Assembly: GCA_032718475.1 (NCBI GenBank)
Contig: JAUCBJ010006143.1
Coordinates: 1,220-65,219, forward strand
Reading direction: 5' to 3'
Length of the DNA: 64,000 nucleotides
Source: Nemertoderma westbladi
Taxonomy: Eukaryota; Animalia; Xenacoelomorpha
This document shows, one piece after another, positions 1 through 13,131 of the stretch. A model generated the notes under the pieces. The model searched no databases. It had not been told where the DNA came from and saw only the letters and a program-made list of their open reading frames with translations. A program made the translations under genes and the position numbers. Within the stretch, counting starts at the first letter, position 1, and every line of letters starts with the position of its first letter.

Positions 1-864
1 TTAGACAATTTAAATTTGTTACATCAGGATATTAAATTTACAGTTGAATACCAAAACGTTAAGGGACAGTTACCTTTTTTGGACGTACTAATTGGTTTAG
101 TTGATGGTAAATTCTCGACTGACGTTTATCAAAAACCTACCCACTCCAACAGGTACTTAAACTTTTCATCCAACCACCACCCACGGGTGAAACAAAGCGT
201 ATGCAGTGCATTATTTTTTAGATCCAATCGTATTTGTTCTACTGTAGATGCACGAAATCGCACTCAAACCAAACTGGCTAACACATTAGCTAATAATGGT
301 TATCCTACCAGAATTATTTATAGTACAAAGAGACGTATCAATAGACAATTCGACCAACCTAAACCTGTACCACCCAAGGACAAAATTGACATAAGACTTG
401 GCTTACCATATGAGGAAGGCCTCACTGAAAGTTTGGAAAAACTCTGCGCTCTCTATGGGGTGGCAACTTACTTTGTACCGGGGCGAAAGTTGGCATCCTT
501 TCTGCTAAAAGGTCACAAACCGGTGACTGATCATAGGGGCGTAATATATAGGATCCCTTGCGAATGTGGGCTAACATATATAGGTGAAACTAAATACAGT
601 ATGGATGTCCGTTTAATGCAACATGACAGTGATGTAAGACACGGTAGATTCAAAGCATCGGATCTAGCAGCTCACCATGTGGATACTGGTCATGTGCCAA
701 GTTTTGAGTTAGCAGAAGTCATAGGTAGACAAACCCAGTTACGTAGGAGAAAAATCTTAGAAAGTCTTAATATCCGATCATTGGGGGACAAAGCTATTAA
801 TAAAAGGACATCGGTGGACGTTGACCATTTAAGTGTAGGGGCATTACAAAAATATATGAACTAA
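1..864 (+). CDS. Penelope-like retroelement ORF, C-terminal part (RT thumb region plus GIY-YIG endonuclease); 5' end lies outside the window
   Basis: Frame is open from base 1 (LDNLNLLHQDIKFTVE). Motifs LPFLDVLI, VYQKPTHSNRYLNFSSNHHP, L..NGYP and GVIYRIPCECGLTYIGET (GIY-YIG with CxC) are typical of Penelope/Poseidon elements. Confidence 0.93.
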   Translation, partial: LDNLNLLHQDIKFTVEYQNVKGQLPFLDVLIGLVDGKFSTDVYQKPTHSNRYLNFSSNHHPRVKQSVCSALFFRSNRICSTVDARNRTQTKLANTLANNGYPTRIIYSTKRRINRQFDQPKPVPPKDKIDIRLGLPYEEGLTESLEKLCALYGVATYFVPGRKLASFLLKGHKPVTDHRGVIYRIPCECGLTYIGETKYSMDVRLMQHDSDVRHGRFKASDLAAHHVDTGHVPSFELAEVIGRQTQLRRRKILESLNIRSLGDKAINKRTSVDVDHLSVGALQKYMN

Positions 865-1352
865 TATTTTGTAGTACATTGTGTGTATGTGTGGGTGAAT
901 GTGTATTTTTTCTTTCTGTGATTGTGCCAATTGTTTGTAATATATTGTATGTTTAGTACTGTAGTTGTGGTCTCATGTAGTGTTTTTTATATTATACTGC
1001 TTTTGTGCTATAATATCCGTTAAGTTACTGTATGGTGGTTATTTGTCTTGTCAGTCAGTGCATTGGTTATTTTCAGTATTTTGCAGTATTACAACTTAGG
1101 TTAGTACTGGGTTAGGTATTATTATACAGTTTTGATTTTAGGTACCTTACTGTGACTATAGTTAGGCCAGTTTGCAGGACTGTGTTATTATTCCATTATT
1201 ATTATTATGCGATTAGGATTACATACATATCTCACTTTCAATATATCTATCTTCTATTAGTTAGTTCTGTTTTGTTATTGACAATGAATTATAATATTAA
1301 TTGGAAATATATTTACGATATCGCTGTATTGCTCCGTTTTCTTTAATATTAT

Positions 1353-2907
1353 TAATGGAACCTATAGAATTATCTAGATTTGTCTAGATTATTGGCAGCA
1401 CTAATTCACTATGTAAAGGTGCGTTTGTGCGATTAGTTACACATTACATCAATATATTTCACATTATTTGTATTTATTTCGTAATTTGTTCATTATTTGT
1501 AATAAAGTTAGAATTATTGTTACATCTGTTTTAACATGATTCACCACGGTGAACCCAACTGAGGGACAGATGGCAGGCTAAGCAGCGGGCCGCAGCAGTG
1601 AACGGGAACATCGGCGGAATGTAGAAAGGAGTCCACCCACAATATAGATTAATAGTTCTTCGCCCATCGCCTGAAAGGTTAGACAGCGTTTGATGCCTTG
1701 CTACCTAAGTGTAAGACCTGAGATCAAAGGTAGACGTAGTGACACGCTGTGCGCCAAAATTTAAAATTAGTAACTGTACTGTTTTGATTCTGACAGAACC
1801 CGCGGTACCCCTTCACATTCTTACAGGAGGAGAGTAGAGAGTGAGAGAGAGAATAGATACAAGTACACAAATAGGACGCAGGCACACCAATACGGGGCAT
1901 GTACATTGGTAGGGTACACCAAAACTGTACGCCTAACTTATTTGCCGTGTATAGGTGCGCTTGTGGCTTGTTTTGTAGTACAACAGTGTCCATTGCTTGT
2001 ATTGGAGTCTGTAGGCCAAGATAAGGTTACTGTGTCTTGTCTGAATCAAGATTGTACCATTCAGGCGGTCGGGCAGTTTATTGTGCTAGGCGCATTACAA
2101 ATAGGGCTATTTGGGATACTAACACCTACCGTGTCCTCGCCGACATCCTGATAAGAAGTTGCCACGCCCACCTAGGCAACCAAAATTCTAGATAGGAGAC
2201 CAGGCTAGCTATCGTAACTGTACGCCTACTGTAGTAAACTAACACATTTCTTCTTCGTATCAGGGACCTGGTAGATTTAAATTGCCGAATTCCGGGCGTA
2301 GTTACCAACTTTATGCCTGAATTTGAGTCCTGGAAATACACAAAAGGGGAAGGAGCCTTATCATCTGTGAGTATTAGACCTACAGACCGCAAAATTAGAA
2401 TATTTGTAAAATGCACACCGGACCCAGTAAATTATATAATATGAAGGGATACAAAACTAAAATTCGATTATAAAATTCAACACACACACGCGTTTAGGAA
2501 TTATTTACACCTCGAAATATATAAAATAATTTGTCCACGCCGCAGTTCGTCCGCTAGTTAGATATTTAGCTAGCAACCCCCACCCCATATAAATCACACC
2601 GCGGCAAAGTATACGAACACCTTTAGTCCGTCAGCAAGTCAGCACGATTGTTAGGATTCGCTGCGCAGGATTTTGTATTATCGAAGTTTGTCCGTTTGTA
2701 GACTGTTTTCTGCCTCACCAGTTAACGAGGCCGATACTGCAATAGATTTGCTTACTTAGAGTTTACTGTTTTGGTGAGAAGGTTGGATTTATGTTTTGTG
2801 ATTCACAGACTTTACAGTAGGATATTGCAGGATTCACACATAGTAGAGATGTGATTTCGGAATCAATGAACAGTAGGAATATGTTTCTAGATCTGGTCGA
2901 TCAAACA
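1353..2907 (+). repeat. 5' LTR of the BEL element (~1.55 kb; lacks the first TG)
   Basis: Near-identical to the 3' copy from TAATGGAACCTATAG (1353 vs 17878) to GATCTGGTCGATCAAACA (2907 vs 43611). The 3' copy lacks about 2292-2477. Confidence 0.85.
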
Positions 2908-4714
2908 GTAGGAATGTGATTATTTTTAACATATTCCAGAATGTGTTATTTTTAACACAGAATGTGTTCTACTGAATTATAAGTTCAGTAGGACTAAAAT
3001 TATTTGAAAATTTTGTATTTTGAGGTAAAAATTTGTATTTGATTAGCTAAGTGCTAATTTTTGAATAAAATTCATATTTGAACCGTGTGTAAAATATTTT
3101 GGAATTAAATACCGGTGTTTAAAAGGGTTTAAATACCATATTGTACCGGTACAAAATTTTCGTAAAGTAAAACCAAACTCTTGTTTTTCAGCTCATTTCT
3201 AGACTGTAATGAGAGCAAGACCGTGTTTAGCAAGTTTGGGAGATTGATAACTCAACAATTTTTGTTGGGGAAAATCGCACTTCGTCCGCAACGCTGGAAA
3301 CAGAAAGGTTCACGTCCGGTTTGTATCTGGGAATCTGTTTTTCTGGAGAATTTTGGAGGTGGTAATTTCGAAAAGTTGCATTAGTCAGTTAGGCATTACC
3401 GTATTAGTTAAAATTATTGTGGGTTCCACTTTCTCAAGTATTTGCTTTCTGTACGATTTCTTCGTTTATTGCTGAATTAGTCCGTGTTATTTGTGTTTGA
3501 TTTACAATTTGATAACATATATCGTTATCCGATTTATTTGTTATAAAGTTGGCCGATAGGCTAATTTTATTATATACTTATACCGTGACATTTATTTGCT
3601 GTAAAATTGGCTGGTAGGCTAATTTTATCCATTTGCTATAAAATCGGCCGGTAGGCTAATTTTATATGTTTGAATTATAATTAGTACCGTTTTATATATA
3701 AATACTGTAAGTTTGATACTTGACACTCACATACAACTACCGAACTTAGCGACAAACAGGACTATACGAAAAATACACCTACCGACTATGACTCATGTGA
3801 CTCGGATAAGTCAGTAGCGGAAGAACCACAAGGGAAGACTCGCGAGCCTACCGAACCAACACCGTGTGCGTCACCAGTACATCCAACGGGAGTACCGGAT
3901 GCCTTAGTACGAGGCGACGGCAGGACCGGGGATTTTCTAACTGTTCCGCAGCCTAGATACAGGGAAACAGATATGCTTAGTTCAGTAGGAAGCCAAGAGA
4001 GCATTGTTAGAAGCGTCGGAGGATACATGGCGCATATTACCAGGAGTATTGGAGAAGGCCAACGCATATTAAACGAGTTGACCGCTCCGATGTCCCAGTT
4101 CGAGTTTTACACCTTACAGGTTAGAGTACAAAGGTACATAAGGTACATAAGGTACATTAGGTACATAAGTCCGTAAGTAACCTTATCAGTCTACAAGATC
4201 TAGCTAGACAAAGACAGGACGCGGACACTCAGTTTAAGATCCTTGAGAAATTAATGATCGCTAGGGAGAAACTAATTTAGTTTAAGACGGCCGTTAGACT
4301 GATACAACAGGAACAAGCGGACCAGTTGCTAGGTGAGTCAGTTTCCGACGAATTATTGCAGCTCGAGGAAGAACAAGAACTGTATAGACTGGATGGACAA
4401 CTGAAATATCTGACGGATCAGTTACATATGTGCGGCGAAGATGTTGGAGATTTGGAAACCGTGCCGGAGGCTACGAGGGAAGCTTCACCCGTACAGACAG
4501 AATGGCACCGGGAATACTGGATCAATCACTGGTAAGTATTCGCAACGAAATTGGCAAGGTGAGTATAATAACGTCAGAAATTTCTCGACAGCAGCAACAG
4601 TTTTACAGAAAATGACAAGAGATTGAGGAACAAACTCAATTGCTGACAGTACAAGCAGCTGTAGAGGAGGAGAAACTAAGGGTAGCAAATGTTGCGAGAA
4701 TCTCTCATCTACAA

Positions 4715-4935
4715 GAAGCAGCCGAATTAGAAGCAGCTGAGATGGAAAGGTTAGAGTTGGAAATAGCACAACAAACAGCGACAGCTGAGTTAGCGCAACG
4801 AACGACAGCAGCCGAATTGGAGTGACAAGCAGCAGAAGCTGAATTGGAGCGACAAGCGGCAGCAGCCGAATTGGAGTGGCAAGCAGCAGCAGCTGAGTTG
4901 AAGCGACAAGTGGCAGCAGCTGAGTTGGAAGAACA
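4715..4935 (+). repeat. 27-bp coding tandem repeat, (AAAAELERQ)n coiled coil in gag
   Basis: Successive GCAGCAGC(C/T)GA(A/G)TTGGAGCGACAA-like units. Confidence 0.85.
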
Positions 4936-5608
4936 AAGGTTAGTTTCAGAAGCAAGGGCTGAAATGAAAAAACGACAAATAAAGGCCCAATCAGCTATAC
5001 GACTAGTGGAGTTCGAGGCGCAACAACAACAAACGGAACAACGTGAAAAGGAAGTTAAGCTTCATTTCGAACTCGAAAGGAAGGCGAGAGAGTTAGCCAA
5101 CACCAAGGAGGATCTGGATCTTAAAGCCCGCAATCGATCGATCTCGAGATGGACACGATCTAGACAGGATAGAGGTAAGGCATCGCCAAATTCAGGAACG
5201 AATAAAGGAAGGAAGTGTGGGAGCACCTGAGCGAGGACGGGAATTGGTTAAGGAATTATGCCAACGATTTCCTCAAGTAACTCCTATGTTTGCACCAATT
5301 ACGTCTAAAAAACCTGTTTCGATTGCGGCTAGTAGCAATATATCTCCTATCCACGATGCGACGGAACACAGGTTTGTTATACCGGACAAGTTTATACCGC
5401 CGAGAGCAACGTCATTGCCTATCACGAAAGTCAAGGTAAGTAATCCGCCAATTACGGACCGTAGTAGTTATTAGCCGGACCTACATTACTGACGACTAAA
5501 CAGGTGAGTCAACCTTTGACACCCAAACCTGTCACACACTATGCCAACCCAACTGTGTTTAGACCTACGAGGCCTTTAGATTCAAACGCCATTCTGCGAC
5601 CACACATT

Positions 5609-5845
5609 CAGTTTACATCGCAATCTACGACTTCGAGGAAGACTTGTGAGCCTACCGAACAGCAGAGACCAGTAGACACGCGACCACTCAACCAGTTTAC
5701 ATAGCAATCTACGACTTTGAGGAAGACTTGTGAGCCTACCGAACAGCGGGGACCAGTAGACACGCAACCACTCAACCAGTTTACATCGCAATCTACAACT
5801 TTGAGGAAGACTTGCGAGCCTACTGAACAGCGGAGACCAGTAGAC
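5609..5845 (+). repeat. 84-bp tandem repeat (~3 copies) in gag, each carrying the GGAAGACT(C/T)G(C/T)GAGCCT motif
   Basis: The unit CAGTTTACATCGCAATCTACGACTTTGAGGAAGACTTGTGAGCCTACCGAACAGC...CCAGTAGAC repeats with period 84 (motifs at 5637, 5721, 5805). Confidence 0.92.
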
Positions 5846-7300
5846 GATGTTTCAAAACGAAGTGTTAGAATTCGGACAACACAACGGACGCAAGCACGTC
5901 GGCCACCGTATCCAGGTGATAGTAGCACTTCCAGCGAATCGGATTACCCGGAACGCGAGGTGTTTAGAACAGGAGCGGCCGATGAATGCAAATGTGAGCA
6001 TTCAACAAATTCCTTTATAAATGGTCCTCCACAAAATACACCAACACAGAAAGCGTTACAACCAACAGACACGATCAGTACTCAACAATTCGCCGATCTA
6101 ATGCGACCAGTTGTTAACAAGTTGGCCCAGATTGAGGAATGTTTGGAGGAAGCTCAAACCAATAGTTCGAGAGTAAGTATGGAATTCGAACACACCAGAC
6201 ACCCGAAGAATCCGCAAAGGACGGTACCCTCAGGAAATACTTCGTATCTTCGGAGAATATTAATAATAATATTAATACTTCGGAGAATATTAATTCGATT
6301 ACCACACAAGGACGCGAAACTTTGAATGTAGCTGAAGAGATAGCTAAATTCGCAGCCAGAAAAGGGCTACCAGAGCAGCAACCACCAAAGTTCTCCGGTA
6401 ATTCTCAACATTGGCACACATTTGTGGACTATATTGAATCTCAAATTGCAGCCTGCGCTTTTACATCGAGAGAGAAGTTTAATTATCTGCTTCAAAAACT
6501 GACGGGAGAACCAAAATGTCTAGCAGAGACCTTTGTTGGTGTACCAGACGCCTTTGAGTTGGCTTATGATCGCTTAACTTTGATTTACAGTGGCACAGTA
6601 AGCATGGCCAAGTCGGTAATGGAAGAACTCTGTAAAGGGGGAGCCATTACAAAACCTGTGGACTTACTGAAGTTAGCCGACGAAATCAAGAACGCCATTT
6701 CTTCTTTACGATCAATCGGACAACTAGATTACGCAAACACTCCTACAGTCCTATTGAAAATAATTAGAAGATTACACCATCGACTTCGTAGGGAGTGGAG
6801 AAAGATCGAATACCAGCGAGAAGAGACTGGTGGGTTTTTAAAGTTAGAAGACGTTTACCTATTAATATCCAGGGAAGCAGTGGTCGAAACTCGGTCAAAC
6901 TATACCGACCAACATATAGTAGCCGAGGGGATAACATTGCCATCTTCTAACCAACAGAAACCACAGACGACATCCACAAGGACGGTCACTTACGCCACAC
7001 TGACAGACACTCAACAATTTTCCGACGGTTATAAAGTGTCCGCACCAATATCGGATCAAACAGAGCAGACAGCAACTAACTGCCGACTTCAGCGGTTGTC
7101 AATACTGCGAAAGAATAGGTAAGCGGCATACTAGTCATAAATTGAGAGGATGTAGACTATTTTGTGAGTTAAACTCTGAAGAACGACGGCTACAAATACG
7201 GCCATTAGATTCTTGATGGAGGTGTACACAACATGGACATGTCCGTAAAGATTGTCCAAATATACACACCTGTCCTTCTTGTGGACGCAACCATGACGCT

Positions 7301-10300
7301 TTGCTCCACACAGATAGTCATACACCGACGAAACGCTTCACCAGGGAACACCCAGAAGCAGCCGCAAAATGTAATGCTGCATACAAAACACGAGAATCAA
7401 AATCAACACCAACATTTGTGACACATATTTGGGATTGTTTTCCAGAACAATCCGGGTCTTCGGATAAAGAGTCGGAAGACAACCACGCATATACTGGAGA
7501 CGAACAACCATCGATTGCACTTCTGACGCCTGATCAACTGAAAGGATTCAGTGTAATTCCTGTTAAGATTACAGGCACCAAGGGAAGCAAACGTATTTAC
7601 GCCATTCTAGACTCAGCCTCATCTCACAGCTACGTGGATGAGAAGGTAGCTGATGTGGTAACGGACTTTCGACAAGGTAAGAATGTCAGATATACTGTAA
7701 GTAGTATGCATGGACAACATGCGATTCCAGTGACAAGAGTTAAGTTGAACTTAGACACCCTTCTCTCAAAATCGCAACATAGCGAAAAGGAGAGGTCTTT
7801 GCTTTCTTTTAGGGATTTAACCTTTGCGGCCACAAAGGACTTTAGTAACCTACTGGGTCCAGTGCCAGAACAATCCTTGGAGGACCGTAAGCATTTTAGA
7901 CACCTTGGTGTACCAGAATGTCCTGTTAATTACAGATCAGTAGCGATGTTGATCGGGACAGACCAATTCAACTTGTATCAAGTGTGGGAAACCAGACCAT
8001 TGGTAGTAGTAGCAGGAAACGCTTATGCCTGTAGAACTCCGATAGGTTGGTATACTCGAGCGCCTGTGCGCACACTAGATATAAGTGACGAGGAAGATGA
8101 TGTACAAAGTACATGTAGTTTATTAACTACAACTTTGTCTCATTCTTTTTCAAATGGAAGAGACTATACTACGCGACAGTCAATGAGACACGACAATGTT
8201 ACAGGTACGACTTGCGTTACGAATACACTAAGTCATGAAGAGCAAAAACAAATCCACAAGGTTAGTTTGGAAATTGGAAAAGAGACGCGTCAGGCAGAGT
8301 TTCCATCAACGACAGATGATAACACCAGAAGGCTTGCGAGTCTACCTGATCCAATAATGTTACAAACACCCGTTGATGTCGACGCACTAAGAAATTATTG
8401 AGTGGAACAAGCTGATTTGGACAAAGAATTAACAGAGAAGACTATCAGATGGTTGGAACAAGATACCGCCGAACCTGGTAGTTACGAACCATGTATGTCG
8501 GAACAAGAAAAACAATCTTTAAAGATCATGGAGGATACTATCCGCCAGACGAAAGATGGACATTATGATGGATGATGGAAGATGGATGTTATGGTGTAAC
8601 CAACGACCGAAACTTATAAATAACTATCCACTAGCCTTAAAGCGTTTAAACTCAATACGCCAACGTTTATTAAAGGACGAGAAAGCCCATTTACATTATA
8701 ATACTCAAATGGAGACGTATTTGACAAAAGGGTACGCTATCAGAATGACAAACCCGGAGATTGTGACAGATCAGACATACTACTTGCCACATCACTATGT
8801 GACAACCCAGAAAAGGTACGTGTAGTTAATGACTGCGCGGCTCTTTTTGAGGAAATGTCTCTCAATAGTGAGTTGATGGATGGACCAAACATGAATAATT
8901 ATCTCATAATGAATAATTATGCGCTTTCGCCAACGTCAAGTAGCATTTACTTGCGACGTGGAAGCAATGTTTCACCAGGTGCGAGCGTTAGAGCGAGACA
9001 GAGACAGTTTGAGGTTCCTCTGGTACCCGGATGGAGATTTAAGTCAACCACCGTCAATTTACCAAATGCAAGTTCGCGTATTCGGTGCCAGAGATAGCCC
9101 AAATTGTACCATGTACGCCCTAAAACAAACCGCTAGGGATCAGAAACACAAATATGACCCAGAGATAATTCAAATTGTAGAAAGAGACTTTTATGTTGAT
9201 GATGGATTACAGAGTTGTGACACAGTAGAACGTGCTATAACAGTAGCATATCAATTACGGGACTGTCTAGCAGCTGGAGGTTTTAACCTAACCAAGTTCG
9301 CTTCAAACAGCACCGATTTGGTGAATTTGTTCGAAACGACTGAGCGTGGGGGTGGTGACATAGATCTAGAATTTGAACCATTACCGACGACCAAGGTGTT
9401 GGGATTATTTTGGGACCCCAACACAGACAACTTTAAAGTAAAACTGACATTGGATGATCAAGGAGGTTCTCTGACCAAGAGATCCTGCGTATCAAAGTTG
9501 AGTCGATTGTTTGATTCATTAGGTTTTATCAGCCCAATAATACTGCAAGCCAGAATATATATGCGCAGTATATGGAATGATGGGACGAACCAATCTCATC
9601 TGAACAAGTACACTTATGGAAAACTTGGGAGGCGCAATTGTCTTCACTAGAAGATTATTCCATACCCCGGGTATATTTTCCATTACAATCGACATTTCCT
9701 GACAATTTAGAATTACATTGTTTCTCTGACGCCAGTGACAACGGCTTTGGAGTGACAGCGTATCTGCGTAGACAAGTAGATTCAGACGAGTTTGATGTAT
9801 CGCTCATTACTTCTAAGGCTAAAACCATGCCTACTAAGTATATGACGACACCACACGCTGAGCTACAAGCAGCAACCTTGTCAACTACCATTGTAAACCT
9901 TATCCAGACTGAACTATAATCAAGTTTACAGATATTTTATTGGACTGACGCGACGTTAGTTTTGTTTTATATAAACAACAACACACTTGAATTTAAGACA
10001 TTTTTAGCTAACCCTCTTGCGGAAATTTTAGACTGTTCAATAAAGGAAGATTGGCGACATTGTCCCGGACCACAAAATCCAGCTGATATTGCGTCACGAG
10101 GAATGATGCCCGAGGAGTTCTGTAAACCGGCGAACAAGAAATTTTGCCAACATGGACCACAATTCTTGCAAAGATCATCACAACATTGGCCGCCATTATA
10201 CGTTAATAAGTCTAACACTATCCCTAAGGATGCTGAAATTAAAAAACCAAAGAAAGGGAAAGCAAAGAAAAGGACGACGGCAAAACTTAAGAAGAAACCA

Positions 10301-12430
10301 AAGGCAAAAAGGAAAAATATAACTTATAAAGTTAAAAATGGAAGACTTGCGAGCCTTTCTTCACCAGACGTATCGCCAGACGGTCAACCAGACACGTTAC
10401 TAGACGGTCAACCAGACACGTTACTAGACGGTCAACCTGACACGTTACCAGATGATCAACCAGACATGTTACCAAATGATCAACCAGACATTTCGCCAGA
10501 TATGTGACCAGACATTCATAACACATTGATACATAGTAAAACCGCAGTTTCTTTTTTGGAGCGGCCTTCTATTGACAAACTACCAAATTTGACACTCTTG
10601 AGTAACCATAAGTACAGTGAAACCTCATGTATTACAGATGTGGGTAGTACCTATACAAATGTAAATACAGGTGTTACTTTGCGCTCAAGAGACATACCAA
10701 CCTTACAACCTACGGTGGGACCTGGGATAAATATCGGCAGAAAAATAAATTTACCAAAACCCAGTGATCCTATAGAATTTAAACTACCATTAAGGATCGA
10801 CTTACAAAGTATCGACAATCAAGGTAAGAAGACGAAGAAGGACAAAATACTTATAGACCCGGACGGATCAACAGTCAATAAGGGAATACCTACCGGCGGA
10901 CCCGTGGGCCCATCTAATAAAACGAGACCTTCTAGACTAATCACTGACTTACCTGATGACGTCATAAATACTTATGTCGACCGTATTGTAAACCTAACAG
11001 ATTCTTGGACAAAAGCGAATTAGCGTGGATTGTACGTTTTGTACAATACGTTAAGGGCAAACGCGACTTTACACGTTGACTTACATTGACCGAGATTGAC
11101 AGATGTGAAATTAAATTAATTTGCCATTACCAATTACGATATTTTGCACGCGAATTCACATCTATAAGTCAAGGTCAACCAATCAAGTCATTACCAATAT
11201 TGAGTTGGAGTCCAATAATTTATAATGGCTTAATTTGTCATAAATCTCGGCTTCAAAACATTGACTTTAATACTGAGTTTAGATACCCAATAATAATACC
11301 ACAACATCACGAATTACAATGTGCAATGATACTGGACGCACATTTACAACTAAAACACGCTGGAAGACACCACTATCTTTCACATCTACGTACAAGATTT
11401 GTATTAATTAGACCCAGTAAAGCATAAGTTCAGTGACGCGTATATGTATTATTTGTAAAAAGGTACATTCTAGATTAAGTACCCAAGAAATGAGTGAACT
11501 TCCACAAGCACGACTACAAGCATTCAGACCATTTTTTACAGAGACTGGAATTGACTGCTTTGGTCCCATAAATACAAAACGTGGACGTATACTAGTAAAA
11601 CATTGGGGACTGATATATATATGTCCAGTAGGGCAGTTCATATTGAATGTGTGATGGATCTTTCCACTAACGCTTTTATACTAGCATTATGGCAATTTAT
11701 CGCTAGATGCGGACTAGTAGAATGCTTGTACTCAGACCAAGTTACAAACTTTGTTGGTGCTCAAAATGAAATTGCAAGGGCCTTTAAGAAATTAGATCAT
11801 GACCAGATCTCCAATGAACTACGTCCTTACAAGATTGTTTGGAGATTTAACCCTCCAGATATTCCATGGAGAGGCGGAGTCTGGGAGAGACTGGTAAGAT
11901 CCATTAAAACAGCCATGGCAAAAGTCATTCCAGTACATCACATATTGACAGACGTCCAATTGACCACATTGTTTGTTGAAATCGAGGCAATACTAAATAC
12001 TAGACCCATAGTATTAGTACCCGATGACAAACAATCCCAGTTTGCTTTAACACCAGCACACCTGCTAATGCAAGCACCGACTACATTGATGCCTATTTCG
12101 GTTTCAATGGAAAGCGATAGCTATGGTAGAAAGGCGTGGAAAATCACGCAACTACTAGCTAAGAAATTCTGGGAAATATGGCAAAACCATTATTTGCCCT
12201 CTATTTCTGCCAGAACCACTTGGTACAATAACACCCGAGCTTTTAAACCGGGCGATCACGTACTGTTAGCAGAAGTGAATTTAAAAAGACGCCTCTGGTT
12301 AACTGGTGTTATTTTAGATACACACCCATCTATGGACGGAGTGACATGAACTGTGACGGTACGGACAATTGACGGTCATACTGTAGACAGACCGACTCAA
12401 CGTCCTTTACTTCTTGAAGAGACTCGGAAT
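7301..12430 (+). pseudogene. pol: BEL pol: aspartic protease, reverse transcriptase, RNase H, integrase (fragmented)
   Basis: PR: AILDSASSHSYV. RT: YYLPHH, CDVEAMFHQV, FYVDDGL. RH: ELHCFSDASDNGFG, WRHCPGPQNPADIASRG. IN: H..H/CIICKK zinc motif, TGIDCFGP, YSDQVTNF, GGVWERLVRSIK; C-terminal FWEIWQNHYL. Confidence 0.95.
10363..10515 (+). repeat. 24-bp coding tandem repeat, (PDTLLDGQ)n, in the RH-IN linker
   Basis: About six CCAGACACGTTACTAGACGGTCAA-like units. Confidence 0.9.
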
Positions 12431-13131
12431 AAGTCTGGAGATTATAAGTCTCCAACTAATCTTAGTAAATAATATGTGTTTACCAAATAGATTTCCACGT
12501 ACCTGTACACTGTAGTAAATACAGCGGTAGAATTCCATTGTCTTTATATGTGAACATTAAAGGGTAGTCCTTATGTGTCACATAGGAGCGGGATTTGTAG
12601 GTATAAGAAATGGATTTCTACTTGGAACTCACAATATGAGACATTTTCGAAATTTTAGACAATCCATTTGGATTTGAAAAATTTTAAAAATTGATTCTCC
12701 AGTGAATGGATTTCAGGGTACAGTCGGGTGGGACTTGAAATTAGAGAAACAAGAGAACGGAAGACTCGCGAGCCTTTCTTAAAATTAATTAAATTTTACA
12801 CGGTCTTGTTTCAATAAGTTACGTCAACCAATAGACTTCCCTATATTACTAATTCTTGATTGCTTATTTTCTGATAATAGTTTGGGATCAAAAGGTGAGT
12901 ATTTTAAACTCACAGCCAGTTTAGCCCAAATCGTTTTTATTTCGGCAACAAATTTTAAATAAGAAACAGTGTGTCATTAAAGAAACCTTAGATCTTAGGC
13001 TATGGGTATGAGGTTAGAGCGTTGTCAAGCCAAAAGGGCAGACGAAAAACTCCCAAATCTCCTCACAACTAACATAAAACTCTGTTGTATTCCCTCTAGT
13101 AGTAATCATTATGTAACAAATACGTCTAATA

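Larger units (their letters stand above)
3770..7320 (+). pseudogene. gag: BEL gag (coiled coil, DUF1759-type capsid region, triple zinc knuckle), disrupted
   Basis: PPKFSGNSQHWHTF...EKFNYLLQKLTGEP in ORF 6322. Reading 7094-7310 in the 7301 frame gives CQYC...HKLRGC, *WRCTQHGHVRKDC and CPSCGRNHDALLH, the BEL knuckle triad. Start is approximate. Confidence 0.88.

Noticed and set aside
865-1352. Hammerhead ribozyme expected in Penelope pseudo-LTRs
   Set aside because: No CTGAnGA...GAAA core found by eye in this segment.
1724-2416. Short ORFs in the LTR, repeated at 18246, 42925 and 43358
   Set aside because: They recur only because they lie in LTR copies; no motifs, non-ATG starts, disrupted between copies.
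4485-4955. Hydrophobic antisense ORF
   Set aside because: Shadow of the 27-bp gag repeat on the opposite strand.
5609-5845. CRISPR-like repeat array
   Set aside because: Units are full tandem duplicates without unique spacers, lie inside gag, and the context is eukaryotic.
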